This document shows positions 46,714 to 64,000 of a stretch of 64,000 nucleotides of DNA, one piece after another; positions within the stretch are counted from its first letter, which is position 1; every line of letters begins with the position of its first letter. The position numbers and the translations under genes are program-made. The stretch lies in assembly GCF_009914755.1 (NCBI RefSeq), contig NC_060928.1. The stretch is one strand, 5' to 3'. This stretch comes from the human T2T-CHM13v2.0 reference genome, Homo sapiens. A model generated the notes under the pieces. The model ran no database searches, was not told the origin of the DNA, and saw only the letters and a program-made list of their open reading frames with translations.

Positions 46714-46753
46714 TTTATCCCTATTACAAGGTATTTATCCCTATTACAAGGTA
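46714..46753. repeat. Perfect 20-bp tandem duplication
   Basis: TTTATCCCTATTACAAGGTA twice. Confidence 0.95.
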
Positions 46754-48320
46754 TATTACCATGACATAGATAGCATTTGCCCCTCAGTAATGGTTTTTTC
46801 TTTAGAGGCTACTTCACCAAGACAGAATATAAGCTAGTTTGGATTATATGGAAAAGCAGCCTTTGCCTCTATTTCTGGCAAATAGAAGGAGAGAGCCTAA
46901 TAAATATTTTTCAAGTGAGTCTAACATGAAATCAGGCTGTGTTTCTCAAACAATTACAGGTGACAAACACAGAATACGATATGGCTAGCCCATAATGTGG
47001 GTGTTATTTCTACAATAACGAATCAAGTGACATGGGTATGCAAGCATCATTTCAGAAACTATACAGAGAAGCTGCATTTTCTCCCTCAAGCCCCAAAGTC
47101 CAAGATAATGTCAAGTGAGAAAGCCTGAAGCAAACATTGGAGATCTTATCTAAATTTTTTAAAAATAAGACTGTTAAGGAAGAAAAACTGAGGTGTTGTT
47201 TAAATATAAAAGATTCTATCTTTGTTCCTGTGGGTGACCAACACCAGGGTAGAGAAAATCTTGATTCAGCAAATATTTTTTGAGTTTCATGAAATATCCC
47301 CTCCACCATCCTCTAAGGTCCCACCCAAATCGGGAAGACTCTTGGTGGTGCAAAAATAGGATTATTGTTGTTTTTGCGAAGTCAGGCCCTTTATTAGAGG
47401 GTAGAAAGAACACTTGTTCCTGATTTCTCAACTTCTGATTCCTGTTGGCAGCACATAATATGCCCCAGCCTTGACTCTCAAGCACAACAAACTGCAAATG
47501 AAATAGATAAGTCACTGTTCCTTCAAATCTGTACATTACAAGCCATTTCTAGTGTTTACCTTTTTTAAAATTTTGGCCAAATTACTTGCACTAGCCAGAT
47601 AGCTGTTAGAGAGATTAGCAAGTAGGTCTGAGAATCACTCACCCATAACCACGCGCTCACTTTCTTGATATTACTCTCTTATTTTTCCATCCTGACCCTG
47701 GCACAATAGTTAAACACCAGCCTGGTCAGCAAAACAGTGTTGTCAAAACGCAGCCAAGCTGAGTTTTGACCCACAGAGGTCTGACAGTTGTCAGGAATTT
47801 CCTAACATGGCCAGGGTCACTGACAGTTAAAGGTTTCACTGGTATCACCTGCAAAATCTAACTCCACTCCATGAAAAGTGCAGAAAACTCTTAAAATGCT
47901 TTCTGTGCTGCCTAAGGTTCTGATTTTAAAACACAAGAGTATGGAAGTTCAGACTTTTGGTTATCTCCACTTTGCCAAGGCACAGGTGTTTGAGGAATGA
48001 GCATGTGCATGGCCCAGCACTTTCTTACCACTCTTGGATGATCAAGAGTTCAAAGCAACCTTGCCAGGTGCATTTAAAAAAAAAATCTAACCAGAGCTCA
48101 CAATACAACCAATTCCTTGGATTGAATGAGGACACCTCGGCTCTCCCTGCTCCCGGCAGTGCCAGCCTTTGGTCACTTGCCAGTCCAGGGGAAGCCAGGA
48201 GGTGACCTCCCCGACCCTCTCCTGCCTAGTCATACATTCGAAGTTTTCATCTATTTTGTATGATGCAGCCATCTATGCCCTCTTTGACTGCTGACCACCA
48301 TAACTAAAAAGTTGCTGCTA

Positions 48321-48617
48321 GGCTGGGCGTGGTGGCTCATGCCTGTAATCCCAGCACTTTGGGAGGCCAAGGCAGGTGGATTACGAGGTCAGGAGTTCAA
48401 GACCAGCCTGGCCAAAATGGTGAAACCCCGTTTCTACTAAAAATACAAAAAATTACCCAGGCATGGTGGCAGGCGCCTGTAATCCCAGCTACTCAGGAGG
48501 CTGAGGCAGGAGAATCACTTGCACACAGAAGTGGAGGTTGCAGTGAGCCGAGAACGCGCCACTGCACTTCAGCCTGGGCAAAAAGTAAGACTCCTTCTCG
48601 GAAAAAAAAAAAAAAAA
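48321..48617 (+). mobile_element. AluS
   Basis: TSD AAAAAGTTGCTGCTA. Confidence 0.95.
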
Positions 48618-48863
48618 GTTGCTGCTATTCCCTTTTCTCTCACTATTTCCCACATTCTTAGCACTGCCTACGTGTCAGGAACTGCATTAAAGGAGACTAT
48701 GTGTCTGGTTTTTTACCTCCCAACAATCAAGCCTGGTAAGGAACTGTTAAACCCACTTTCAGTAAAGAAGACTGAGGTCCAGAGAGATTATCTTATTATA
48801 AAGTGCCCAAGAGGCAGGATGGGACTTAAATCTTAGCCTTTCTGGGACTATTTTTCCATTGTC

Positions 48864-49485
<622 letters not shown>

Positions 49486-50097
49486 TCCGTTGTCTTAATG
49501 TAAGATATCCTTTTACTAGATCAGAAATCTCTGTCCTTCTCTCATTCATTTATTCATTCAGCCAGTCAGTTAACATTCATTAGAGGTCCACAATGCAAGG
49601 TCCCCTCAATGACTCAATGACTTGAAACCTGTTTCTCAAATAGCCCATGTGACTACTTACTCATTTTAAAAAGCTATTATTAAATCAATTGCATGTTTTA
49701 CAATCAGTACCCCATGGTTACAATCCAGGAAACATACCCCCAAGTGATAATCTGCAAAATCCACTAGATTTAAAGATATGCAAAGTTAACAGAAAGAGAC
49801 CACCTGGTCTGCTGGACTCTAAGACTAGCAGGAGGGGTGGGTAATCAGGCTGTAGGATTAACACGATCAAAGAAAAATGTGTCTCTCAGAAGGAGTGGTC
49901 CTCTTTTGGAAGCCTGGAAAAAAGAGGACAGGTGAAAGTTGATCATGCCCACTGAAGCACAGACCAGGAGAGGGACTTCAGAAGGCTTCCGGTCCCAAAG
50001 ACAAGATCATTCTACTGTGAAATACACTGAGGTTGCATCAGACTAAGGAGGCGGGTGTCATTACATTTTAGACCCCTTCTCCTCCCACTTCTCCCTA

Positions 50098-50401
<304 letters not shown>

Positions 50402-50705
50402 GAAATATTTCCTTTCTGTTTCTGACTACTATTCCCTAGAAGCAAAAACTTGTTTCATTGATAATATATAGCTGCTCAGGAGCTGCATCATTTTTTAGAA
50501 GCGACAGCAACAATAAAGAATTCCCTCGAGGGGATGAGTCATTAGGTGAGCATTATGCTCCAAAAAGCTGTACCCCCAAAAGGGTCAAGTACAATGACAA
50601 AGCAGGGTAAACAGGCTACTAAAAATATCCAAAATGACGGGACCCATGTGTTGTATTAAACTGGCATTTGTTAGCCCTTGCTAAAAATTAAAAGTATATT
50701 TTAGC

Positions 50706-50888
<183 letters not shown>

Positions 50889-51565
50889 TTACTTCAGGGT
50901 TGTTGACCATTCAATTAGGCTAGCTCCACAGAAATCTGTTTTGCTTCCTAAATAGCACTGAAACAATGAACACTTTAATGCCATCATGCTTTCTTTTCTT
51001 TCCTTTTCCCCATCTTTAAAAAAATGATTAAATGGCTGTAGAAGCGGTAAAATCAAACTCTGTGCTTGTATTATACTGCAGGATGACCCATGGCCCGCAT
51101 TCTTAGAATTGTGCCCTCTTAAAACCGCAAAATACCTTAGATATCAGCTAGTTGATCTAGATAAGAAACCTGAGATTCAGAGAGAAAGGTGACTTTCCCA
51201 AGGTCACACAGTGGTCAGTTGGGGGCCCCAAAGGAAGGCCTTTCCCACTGCACACATGGTTAATACTCACAGAGGGTGGTGTCCACTAAGCAGAGCCTGG
51301 GTTTACTTCCCCATGTGCTAAGCTTGCTTACCTCACCCAGAGGGGTAATCAACACCCCTTTCCGTGTGGCTGTGTTACCAAAGCTACTTCTTGAAATTAA
51401 GACAAAAGAGCACAAAACTGCAGTGGTAGGGCCCTAGGTACACCCTTCAGGAAGGCACATTTACAATGGCAATTGCCCAATGTATTTGAAAGTTATGAAA
51501 AATATATTTTATGATAGTCTCTAAAAAGCTAAGCAAAAATGTAAAAAAGAAAGCTATGAAAAATA

Positions 51566-51690
51566 GCCCAGGTGTGCTGGCTCACACCTTGTAATCCCGG
51601 CACTTTGGGAGGCCAAGGCAGAATTGCTTGAGCCCAGGAGTTCAAGACCAGCCTGGGCAACATAGCAAGACACTATCTCTATTCATATAA
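51566..51690 (+). mobile_element. FLAM/AluJ monomer
   Basis: Single left-arm Alu. Confidence 0.85.
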
Positions 51691-51729
51691 TGTAAAAAAC
51701 AATTTTTTTAATTATGAAAAATACAAGGT

Positions 51730-52162
51730 GTAGAGGTTACCACCTTCCATGGAAGCATAGACCACAGTCTAGCTTCCCATATTGCAGTGAGGTGTGACCA
51801 CTGACTATGCTCTGGCCAGTGGATGCAGAGGAAGTGGTGTGTGTCATCATGATGTGACGTGGTCCTGCCCATAAAAATCTACCACACGTTCTCCTCTGGG
51901 CTCTTTCCTCTTCTGGCTGACTGGGATGGCAATGCCCAGGCAACCTTGGCCATCATATGATAAAAATGGCAAAGCAGCTGCCAGTCTGGATCTCCAAATG
52001 AGTTTATGAAGGTGAGCTACCCCCGAACCTGCACACACACATACCCAGGAAAGCTGCACACCCAGGAAAGCTACTTAAGTAAAAAATAAATTTCTACTGG
52101 GTAAGCCAGTGACATTTGGAGGTCTTTATGTTACAGCCACCTAGCCTATCCTAAGGAATACA
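51730..52162 (+). mobile_element. Old MaLR LTR (MLT1 family)
   Basis: CTCTGGCCAGTGGATG...GAAGTG..., AATAAATTTCTA...TAAGCCA...TGTTACAGC...CTAGCCTATCCT...AATACA. Confidence 0.8.
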
Positions 52163-53429
52163 TGGGGAATCTCCAAAGATTAGGAGAAGTATGGCTTTAA
52201 AGCAGGAGAAATAAACAGCACAGGCAACACATCTGTTGGTTTATCATCAAACATGAAGCAATAGGAAGGAATCAATAGAATTTGGAGAAGAGTAAAACAT
52301 ACTCATTTAGTCCTTTTAGAATACAAAAAAATCACTGTCTAGCTTTAAGAAAAGTTTATTTATGAGTTACTTTTTGAGACACAGAAAGCCTTTTTCAAAG
52401 AGAGGATATTAGAAATGATATTCAAGACCTCAGGCCCTACCGAAAATTTATTTTTTTGCTCAAGTTAATAGAAACCATTCTAAAAGTAAACACCAGTCTT
52501 GTGGTCCTCTGAGGCCCGAGGATCCTCAGTGGGAGGAAGGGGCAGAAGCAGGAGTGGCGGAGCTTCTGAGCAAGGGCCCCAGAGGCTGAAGGCCTAGAAG
52601 GAGGGCTCTCTTGTGTGTGTCTTGAATAGGTCCGGAAGTGAACGTGGGGACTGAGCAGGGCCTAAGGAAACACTCTATCCAGTCACCTCAGCCTTGGTGA
52701 GAACACAAAGAGAATTTCTCCTTGTCTGCAGATGCAACCTTCTTCATTCTGTACTTTATCAAGGGAGGCAATGAATTCAACTAAGCTTCCACAGTGTTTC
52801 TGATTTGATCCCAAATGGCATTTTCATTAATGAGCTGTGAAGTTATTTTCTCATTCATTCTGAACTCCCCCAGTGATGTTAAGCAGTACTCAGCATGACA
52901 CTTGATACTACACAGCAGTGTGGTTAAGAGCAGGGGAGCCTCAAGGGCACCAACATGCATCTGCTAGCCAACCTTGGTGCTGGAGCTGGGTCCTTGATGC
53001 CTCTGCTGGGCTGGATATTAACCCTTTAGTTGCTGGCTCATGAGCAGGTCCTTGGGTTCCTGGGGAAGGGGCAAGGGAGGCCTGGCCGGTGGTGGTGGAC
53101 ACATAGGAGGCTTCAAGCAGCAGCTCTCCACTAAGAGGCACAGAGGGACTTCCACATTTTAACAACTAGTTTGGCTGTATGTGTACAATTAGCCCTGGTG
53201 AAAAGTGCAAGCTTTGGAATTAAGATTTGGGCTCAAATCTTATTCCGTGACAATCCATCTGTGTGACCATGGATAACTACTACTTATATTCTCTGAGCCT
53301 TAGTTTCTCAGTCAATGCTAGTCTCCCTAAGTCCCTTCCCCAGCTCACACCATCTTCAGAGCAAGCCCAGGGCACAGGAACAAAGATAGAGAAAAAAGAG
53401 AGGATAAATGATAAAGAAACAAAATGGAC

Positions 53430-53819
<390 letters not shown>

Positions 53820-53984
53820 TTATTGAGGAGAACTGCTTCAGGAATAAGTAGGTCAGTGGTAGGGATCACCGCCCAGACTTGACCTTCAGGTTAGCTGGGT
53901 GCTCATTCTCACAATAAGTCACTGACCAAAAGCCCTGTATCATGCTGGGGATGAACTGTGGAGTCACCTCTGAGGCCAACATCG

Positions 53985-54480
53985 TTAAGAGTTAGATGTC
54001 TGCTGGGCACAGTGGCTCATGCCTGTAATCCCAGCACTTTGGGAGGCTGAGGTGGGTGGATCACGAGGTCAGGAGTTTGAGACCAGCCTGACCAACGTGG
54101 TGAAACTCCGTCTCTACTAAAAATACAAAAATTAGCCGGGTATGGTGGCGCGTGCCTGTAATCCCAGCTACTCAGGAGGCTGAGACAGAGGAATCGCTTG
54201 AATCTGGGAGGCAGAGGTTGCAGTGAGCTGAGATAGCGCCACTACACTCCACGCTGGGCGACAGAGCGAGACTCCATCTCAAAAACAAAACAAAAAGAGT
54301 TAGATATCTTAGTTTGAATCCTAGCTCTGTCACTTACTAGTGTATGCAAACCATTTCACCTCTCTGTAGCTCAGTTTCTTCATTTGTACAAAGGGGATAA
54401 TCATAACACATTACCTATGTTCTGGTGGATAATGATAAATGAAATTAACACGGGTAAAGCGCTAAGAGCAGTAGCTACCT
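53985..54480 (+). mobile_element. MIR interrupted by AluS (54001-54296)
   Basis: TSD AAGAGTTAGAT; MIR core TTTGAATCCTAGCTCTGTCACTTACTAG. Confidence 0.85.
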
Positions 54481-55663
54481 CATAAGGAGTGTATGCCTTA
54501 GCCACTCTTTATCCTCCCATGAGTCCTCCCACCTCGTCCTCCCAAAGTGCTGAGATTACAAGCAGGAGCCACTGGGCCCGGCCCATTCTGTGTCTTCATC
54601 ATTTATCCTCTCTTTTTTTTCTCTATCCTTGTTCCTGTGCCCTGGGCTTGCTCTGAAGATGGTGTGAGCTGGGGAAGGGACTTAGGGAGACTAGCATTGA
54701 CTGAGAAACTAAGGCTCAGAGAATATAAGTAATAGTGATCCATGTTCACACAGTTAGATTGTAACATAATTAAGATTTGAGCCCAAATCTAATTATTATG
54801 AATCGGTGACACCAAGAAAAGAGCAGTGGAGTCAGAGACATTGAACTCGGGCAGTGTCACTTTCTAACAACTTCGGAATTTTAGGAAAGTTACGTAAGTG
54901 GCTGAAGCTCAGAGAGGTTACCTGTAAAATGCGATTTTGTTACATTACAACTAACATTTATCGAGCATTTATTATGTGCCTATTACTGCACATACTATAT
55001 ATAAGTTCTCTCATTTAATGTTCACAATACTGTGGAAAAGATTCTATAATTATGACCATTTTCCAGAGGACAAAACTGTATCTTTGAAAAGTTAAGTATC
55101 TAGCCCAGCATCATAAAGCCCAGCCATGACTTCAAGCCAGTTTAGTAAGACACCAATTCAGTAACACGCAGTGCGCACAGAGAATAGTCATGCAGTAACT
55201 GTTGTCTCTGATCCCAAGATCTTGTAAAGGCATTGAAAGCATGGTTTTTGGGTGGCCCATATAATGGTTTATAGCACAACATACACATTTGAAGAAAGAT
55301 TTATAATCCAGTGTCCACAAAAACCAAAGAAATGTAGGGCTAGCCTGACAGAATCAAGACCAAGGTTAAGGTATTTTGTTCCCAACATGATTCAGGATGA
55401 GGCAAAACAAGAGAGGCACAAAAATGAAACCCAATGCTTCTGTTTTCCAGAGGCCACAAATCTAATATCACAATATCATTGATAAAGTTATGCTTTATAT
55501 TCCTGTAGAGAGATCTAAAATGAGTATTTACATGTTAAACTACAGCTTCACACTGACCTCTGTTATGATCTCAGAGAATGTTCTAAAGTCCCAAACTGAA
55601 TAAAATGTACACCTAAGAATCCCAACAATATTCTTTTTTTTAAGAAATGTTGTCTTGAGAGTT

Positions 55664-56064
55664 GACTGAACCCGGGAGGCGGAGGTTGCCATGAGCTAAC
55701 ATCAGGCCACTGCACTCCAGCCTGGGTGACCGAGCGAGACTCTGTCTCAAAAACAAAAAAAAAGTGTTGTCCCAGGCCAGGCATGGTGGCTCACATGCCA
55801 CCTGTAATCCCAGCACTTTGGGAGGCGAAGGCAGGACGATCAATTGAGCTCAGAAGTTCGAGACCAGCCTGGGCAACATGGCGAAACCCATTCTCTACAA
55901 AAAAAACACAAAAATTAGCTGGGCATGGCGGCGCAGTGCCTCTGGTCCCAGCTACTCAGAAGGCTGAGGTAAAGGGATTGCTTGAGCCCGAGAGATGGAG
56001 GCTGCAGTGAGCCATGATCACGTCACAGCCCTGCAGCCTAGGTAACATGGTAAAACCCTGTCTC

Positions 56065-56092
<28 letters not shown>
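55664..56092 (+). mobile_element. 5'-truncated Alu (55664-55763) and AluJ (55774-56092)
   Basis: Alu consensus. Confidence 0.9.
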
Positions 56093-56095
<3 letters not shown>

Positions 56096-56373
56096 TGGTC
56101 TCTATCATATTCTTGGATAGGAAGACTCAGCATCTTAAGATGTCAATTTTTTTCCGAATTGACATGAATTTAACATGTTGCCCTCCAAAAACAAAAGCAA
56201 ACGAACAAAAAAATAGGAAGGCATATTTTAAGTGGGAGAGGAACTAAACAAGGCATTTGAACTAGACAAGTTGATCCTAAAGAATTTTCCTAACCAGGAA
56301 TATTCTGACTGACGGGCCACTAGCACTACCAGATATTAAAACACAGTAGAAGGTCTTAATAGATAGTATAGTG

Positions 56374-56729
<356 letters not shown>

Positions 56730-56969
56730 TCATAGAAGTCAAATTATTTCTACAAAAACAGTTTCAAATACATGATCCAGCATACAGTCAAAGATAACCA
56801 GGTGCATGAATACAACATGAGTGAGAGCCAGAAGAAATACAGGAAACAAAATTAAACTCACAGAGAATACCATAGAGTGAAATTATTAGACAGCCTATAA
56901 ACAACTACGCTTATTATACAAAATGGAGTTTTCTTCAAAGGGCTAGCAGGCCGACAACTGCCTTCTTAA

Positions 56970-57707
<738 letters not shown>

Positions 57708-57735
57708 TAGACTGCCACTAAAGGATATTCTAAAG

Positions 57736-58240
57736 CAGCGGTCCCCAACCTTTTTGGCACCAGGGACCGGTTTCATGGAAGACAATTTTTCCATGGTGGA
57801 TAGGGGTGAGAATGGTGAAGGGAGAAGTGATGGTTTGGGGATGATTCAAGCACATTACATTTATTGTGCACTTTATTTCTATTATTACATTGCAGTACAT
57901 AATGAAATAATTATACAACTCACCACAATGTAGAATCAGTGGGAGCCCTGAGCTTGTTTTCTTGCAACTAGATGGTCCCATCTGGGGGTGATGGGAGACA
58001 GTGACAGATCATCAGGCATTAGATTCTCATATGAAGCCTGCAACCTAGACCCCTTTATGTGCAGTTCATAATAGGCTTTACGCGCCTATGAGAATCTAAT
58101 GCTGCCACTGATCTGCGAGGAATCAGAACTCAGGCAGTAATGTAAGCGATGGGGAACGACTGTAAATACAGATGAAGCTGTGCTGGCTCACCCGCTGCTC
58201 ATCTCCTGCTGTGCTGTTCAACTCCTGCCTGGAACCCCTG
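57736..58240 (+). mobile_element. MER1A (hAT-Charlie)
   Basis: CAGCGGTCCCCAACCTTTTTGGCACCAGGGACCGG...GGAACCCCTG with 8-bp TSD (T/A)TCTAAAG. Confidence 0.92.
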
Positions 58241-58552
58241 ATCTAAAGGGCGTTCCTGAAGCAGAAGGAAAATGGACCAAGATGGAAAGTTGGAGAACAC
58301 AGCATAGAATGAAGAGCAATAAAAATGATAAATTTAAATAAATACTGCATAAAATAATCATGATAATGTTTTAAGGGGTTTTAATAAGAACAAAGAAATA
58401 TCTAATAAATTTCAAATATGTATATAAAGAGAATTAAAATACATGACTAGCATATGAGTCAGAAAGTGGGTAAATGCTAAAGTTATATTTTTTAAAAGAC
58501 AGACTTCCAAACTAACAGAGGAAACAGTGGAATGATACAACACAGACACCTA

Positions 58553-58903
<351 letters not shown>

Positions 58904-59272
58904 TCAAAACAATGGAATGGGATAGAAAATCCAGATATATGTTCAAGTATATATGGGAATTTAGTAAATGATAAAAGAGGTGTATCATACCAGTAGAGAC
59001 AGGAACTACTGAATAAGTGGTGTTGGGACAACTAGATATTCATCTAGAAAAAAATAAGTTGTATCTATACCTTGTAACTCATACCAGGATAAGTCCTGAG
59101 TAAATCAAATATTGAAATGTGAAAAATTAAACCACAAAGGTTCTACAAGAAAACATAGGAGAATCTTTTATAATCTGAAATGAGACCTTTCTATTCTGAC
59201 TCATGATCCAAAAATCACAATAAAAGATTGACAATTCAACTACATAAAATTTTTTTTAAAAAATACAAACCA

Positions 59273-59740
59273 GGTGGGAGGAGGGTGCGGGATAAAAGAC
59301 TACACTTTGGATACAGTGGGCACTGCTCGGGTGATGGGTGTACCCAAATCTGAGAAATCACCACTAAAGAACTTATCTGGCTGGACACGGTGGCTCACGC
59401 CTGTAATCCTAGTACTTTGGGAGGCTGAGGCAGGCGGTCACTTGAGGTCAGGAGTTAGAGAACAGCCTGGCCAATATGGTGAAACCCCATCTCTACTAAA
59501 AATACAAAAAAAAATTAGCCAGGCGTGGTGGTCCATGCCTGTAATCCCAGCTACTTAGGAAGCTGAGGCAGGAGAATTGCTTGAACTCGGGAGGCGGAGG
59601 TTGCACTGAGCCGAGATTGTACCACTGTACTCCAGCCTGGGCAACAGAGCGAGACTCCATCTCAAAAAGAAAAAAAAAAAGAATTTATCCATGCAACTAA
59701 ACACCACCTGTTCCTCAAAAACTACTGGAAAAAAAAAAAA
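59273..59740 (+). mobile_element. L1PB-type 3' end interrupted by AluS (59379-59680)
   Basis: GGATAAAAGACTACA...CTGCTCGGGTGATGGGTG...ATCACCACTAAAGAACTTAT...CACCACCTGTTCC followed by poly(A). Confidence 0.85.
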
Positions 59741-59744
59741 AAAC

Positions 59745-61500
<1,756 letters not shown>

Positions 61501-62207
61501 TTTGACTTTGAGGGTAATGAAAAATTGGAACAGTTTCCTAAGAAAGATAATCATAATTTCCATTTCTGTAAAACTTTATAAAATTGTATTAGACATCTTT
61601 GGTTTAAATTTTCATTTGTTAAAGGCTATGGTGGATCAGATGACCTTTTGCCACAAAGCTTTCATAGCAACCGAAGAGCAGTGTTTAGAATATTTTTCAC
61701 TTAAATAATGAGGAAGAACAGGGCTGACTGCACGAGGTGGAAGAATCCAGATTGTGCAAATGGTCTTCCGTTCTGCAGCCTCTCTGCAGTTGTTGTGGGT
61801 TATTAGACTTCCGAGATCTAAATATTCTCCCAGAGTGTAGGAAACTCCTCCTAAAGTTTTACATAAAATATAATCTCATTATTTCAGAAATAGACTGGGT
61901 AAAACTAGTACCATGAGAAGAAACAAGCTTTTCAGTTAAGACCGAGTTTAATTCTGGTTTTTCTAAGAAATAAAGACTTTTATTTGTTTGATTCCAGAGA
62001 ACCTCAGGGGACACCCGACTGAGACAAACTGAAAAGTTAGAAGAAAGAATTTCCAGATTCCAAAAATAATTCAACAGAATGACTCTTTTCAGAACGTTAG
62101 ACAAACCTGTATTCTGTAGGTATGTTTTAGAATCTCATAGGTAATCACAAGATTATAGATGACAGGGAAGATGAAAAAGTCAAGGAAGCTATCAAAGTAT
62201 TGGAAAT

Positions 62208-62505
62208 GGGCTGGGTGTGGTGGCTCACGCCTGTAATCCCAGCACTTTGGGAAGCTGAGGTGGGCAGATCACCTGAGATCAGGAGTTCAAAACCAGCCTG
62301 GCCAACGTGGTGAAATCCCATCTCTACTAAAAATACAGAAATTAGCCAGGTGTGGTGGCATATGCCTGTAATCTCAGCTACTCGGGAGGCTGAGGCAGAA
62401 GAATCACTTGAACCCCGGAGGCAGAGGTTGCATTGAGCCAAGATCACACAACTGCACTCTAGCCTGGGCAACAGAGTGAGACTCTGTATCAAAGAAGAAA
62501 GAAAA
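62208..62505 (+). mobile_element. AluS
   Basis: Alu consensus. Confidence 0.95.
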
Positions 62506-62630
62506 AGCATCAGAATTGGCAAAACTGGAGGAAAAGAACAAAAAATGAAGAGAACATCAGATAGGTTACGAAGATAATCAGTTTGGGTCAATTCCCCTAA
62601 AACATGGGAGCTGCCATAGACCCCTCAAGG

Positions 62631-62817
62631 CAATAGTTTTCAATTGGGAACCATTTGGGTCCCCAAGAAGTTATCTGGCAACGCATGAAGACATTTTTGG
62701 TGGTGGGTGCTACTGGCTTCTAATAAGCACAGGCATACTGCTAAACATCCTATAATGCACAGGAAAACCCCTTAAAACAATCCAAAATATCAACTGTGCC
62801 AAGATTGAGAAACCCTA
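62631..62817 (+). mobile_element. MER20 (hAT-Charlie)
   Basis: GACATTTTTGG...GTGCTACTGGC...CTGCTAAACATCCTATAATGCACAGGA...TGCCAAGATTGAGAAACCCT. Confidence 0.85.
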
Positions 62818-62914
62818 CATTGAAGAATACTGGCCCTACAGAAACACTGAACAGACACTGTAATTCACAAAGGGAATGTTATTAATACAGCTACCTATAA
62901 AGAAATACCAAGGA

Positions 62915-63209
<295 letters not shown>

Positions 63210-63332
63210 CTACCAAGGAATAGCTACCTATAAAGAAGTCTCCCCAAGTTAACTGAATACTTAAAATTTGAATACTTAATGGTTTTGTCCTTAATCCCCG
63301 TTGGACCACTTTGATAAGGGCTACTGTGTGTC

Positions 63333-63389
63333 TGAGTGACCAACCCATGCCAGTTTGCCCAGGACTGTCCTGGTTTTAGCACTGAAAGG
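63333..63389 (+). mobile_element. MER81-like hAT fragment
   Basis: GTGACCAACC...GTTTGCCCAGGACTGTCCTGGTTTTAGCACTGAAAG. Confidence 0.65.
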
Positions 63390-63879
63390 ACAAATGAAGC
63401 CATTCTGTCCGCCAAGAGTACAGTGATATTTGGTCATCTGGAATTTTCTCTCTTTTGAAGAGAAACCTCAGATTCCTTCATGGTTTCCTCTGTGCTTGTT
63501 CTCACACATTACCAAGCTCCTGAGGCCTGGCTCCAGCAGGGAGAGAAAGGGTCTGATCTCAGAGGTGCTCTCTGATCCAGAGGAAGCCCAGAAGAAATGG
63601 GGGCCTGCCAGTGCTGGTGGCCAGGAGGGCATTGTTAATAGCTCATCTGGTTCTGTCGCCACCCAAGGCAGGGTTCTCCTTTGGATCGGACACTGGGGAA
63701 GTGTTCCTTCCCTGCAGGCTCACATAGCTTGCTAAGAGGCATCTTTCCTCACCTCCTCCTGGGGCAGTGCCCCAGGCAATGGAATGCATTCCTTGAGAAA
63801 GGATCCCTTACATGCTTTCCCTTATCTTTCCCAGATTATGCCCTTTCTTCAGCCTATTTCTTTTTTTCTTTCTCTTTTC

Positions 63880-64000
63880 TGTTTTTTTTTTTTTTTTGGG
63901 GGGGCGGAGACAGGGTCTCCCCCTGTCACCCACAATCATATTTATGCCTGATCAATTTTTTAAAAAAATTTTTTTGTAGAGATGGGGTCTTGCTATGTCG
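63880..64000 (-). mobile_element. Partial, internally deleted Alu
   Basis: GAGACAGGGTCTC...TGTCACCCA and GTAGAGATGGGGTCT. Confidence 0.8.

Noticed and set aside
47636-47740. Minus-strand donor TGG|GTGAGT near 47642 with a possible upstream acceptor
   Set aside because: The pyrimidine tract is weak, so there is too little support for an exon.

Overview
Primate (human or great-ape-like) genomic DNA. It is non-coding and very Alu-rich: roughly 90-100 Alu copies or fragments, an eyeballed 45-50% of the window. It also carries MIR, L2, L1, MaLR LTR and many hAT/Tc-mariner DNA transposon fossils. I find no intact protein-coding exon. Most ORFs in the supplied track are Alu-derived or chance ORFs; one (9540-9722) is a decayed Charlie1 transposase fragment. 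The unique sequence shows a minus-strand gene's 5' non-coding region: an 85-nt internal exon with canonical splice sites (32051-32135) and two putative alternative first exons with promoter motifs (donors at 3516|3515 and 2163|2162). From memory, and unverified by any search, the exon sequence matches the 5'UTR of RBM47 (4p14, RNA-binding protein and APOBEC1 cofactor). I see no evidence of a wholly new biological system. The best leads are: (i) strong-Kozak ATGs in both proximal first exons that leave in the same splice phase, suggesting a uORF / N-terminal-extension switch; (ii) an AG|GT recursive-splice or microexon motif in the 85-nt exon; (iii) a candidate unannotated NAGNAGNAG exon; (iv) a small hairpin, A-tailed retroposed insertion; (v) a fold-back repair scar between inverted Alus. 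Repeat boundaries and subfamily calls are by eye and approximate.
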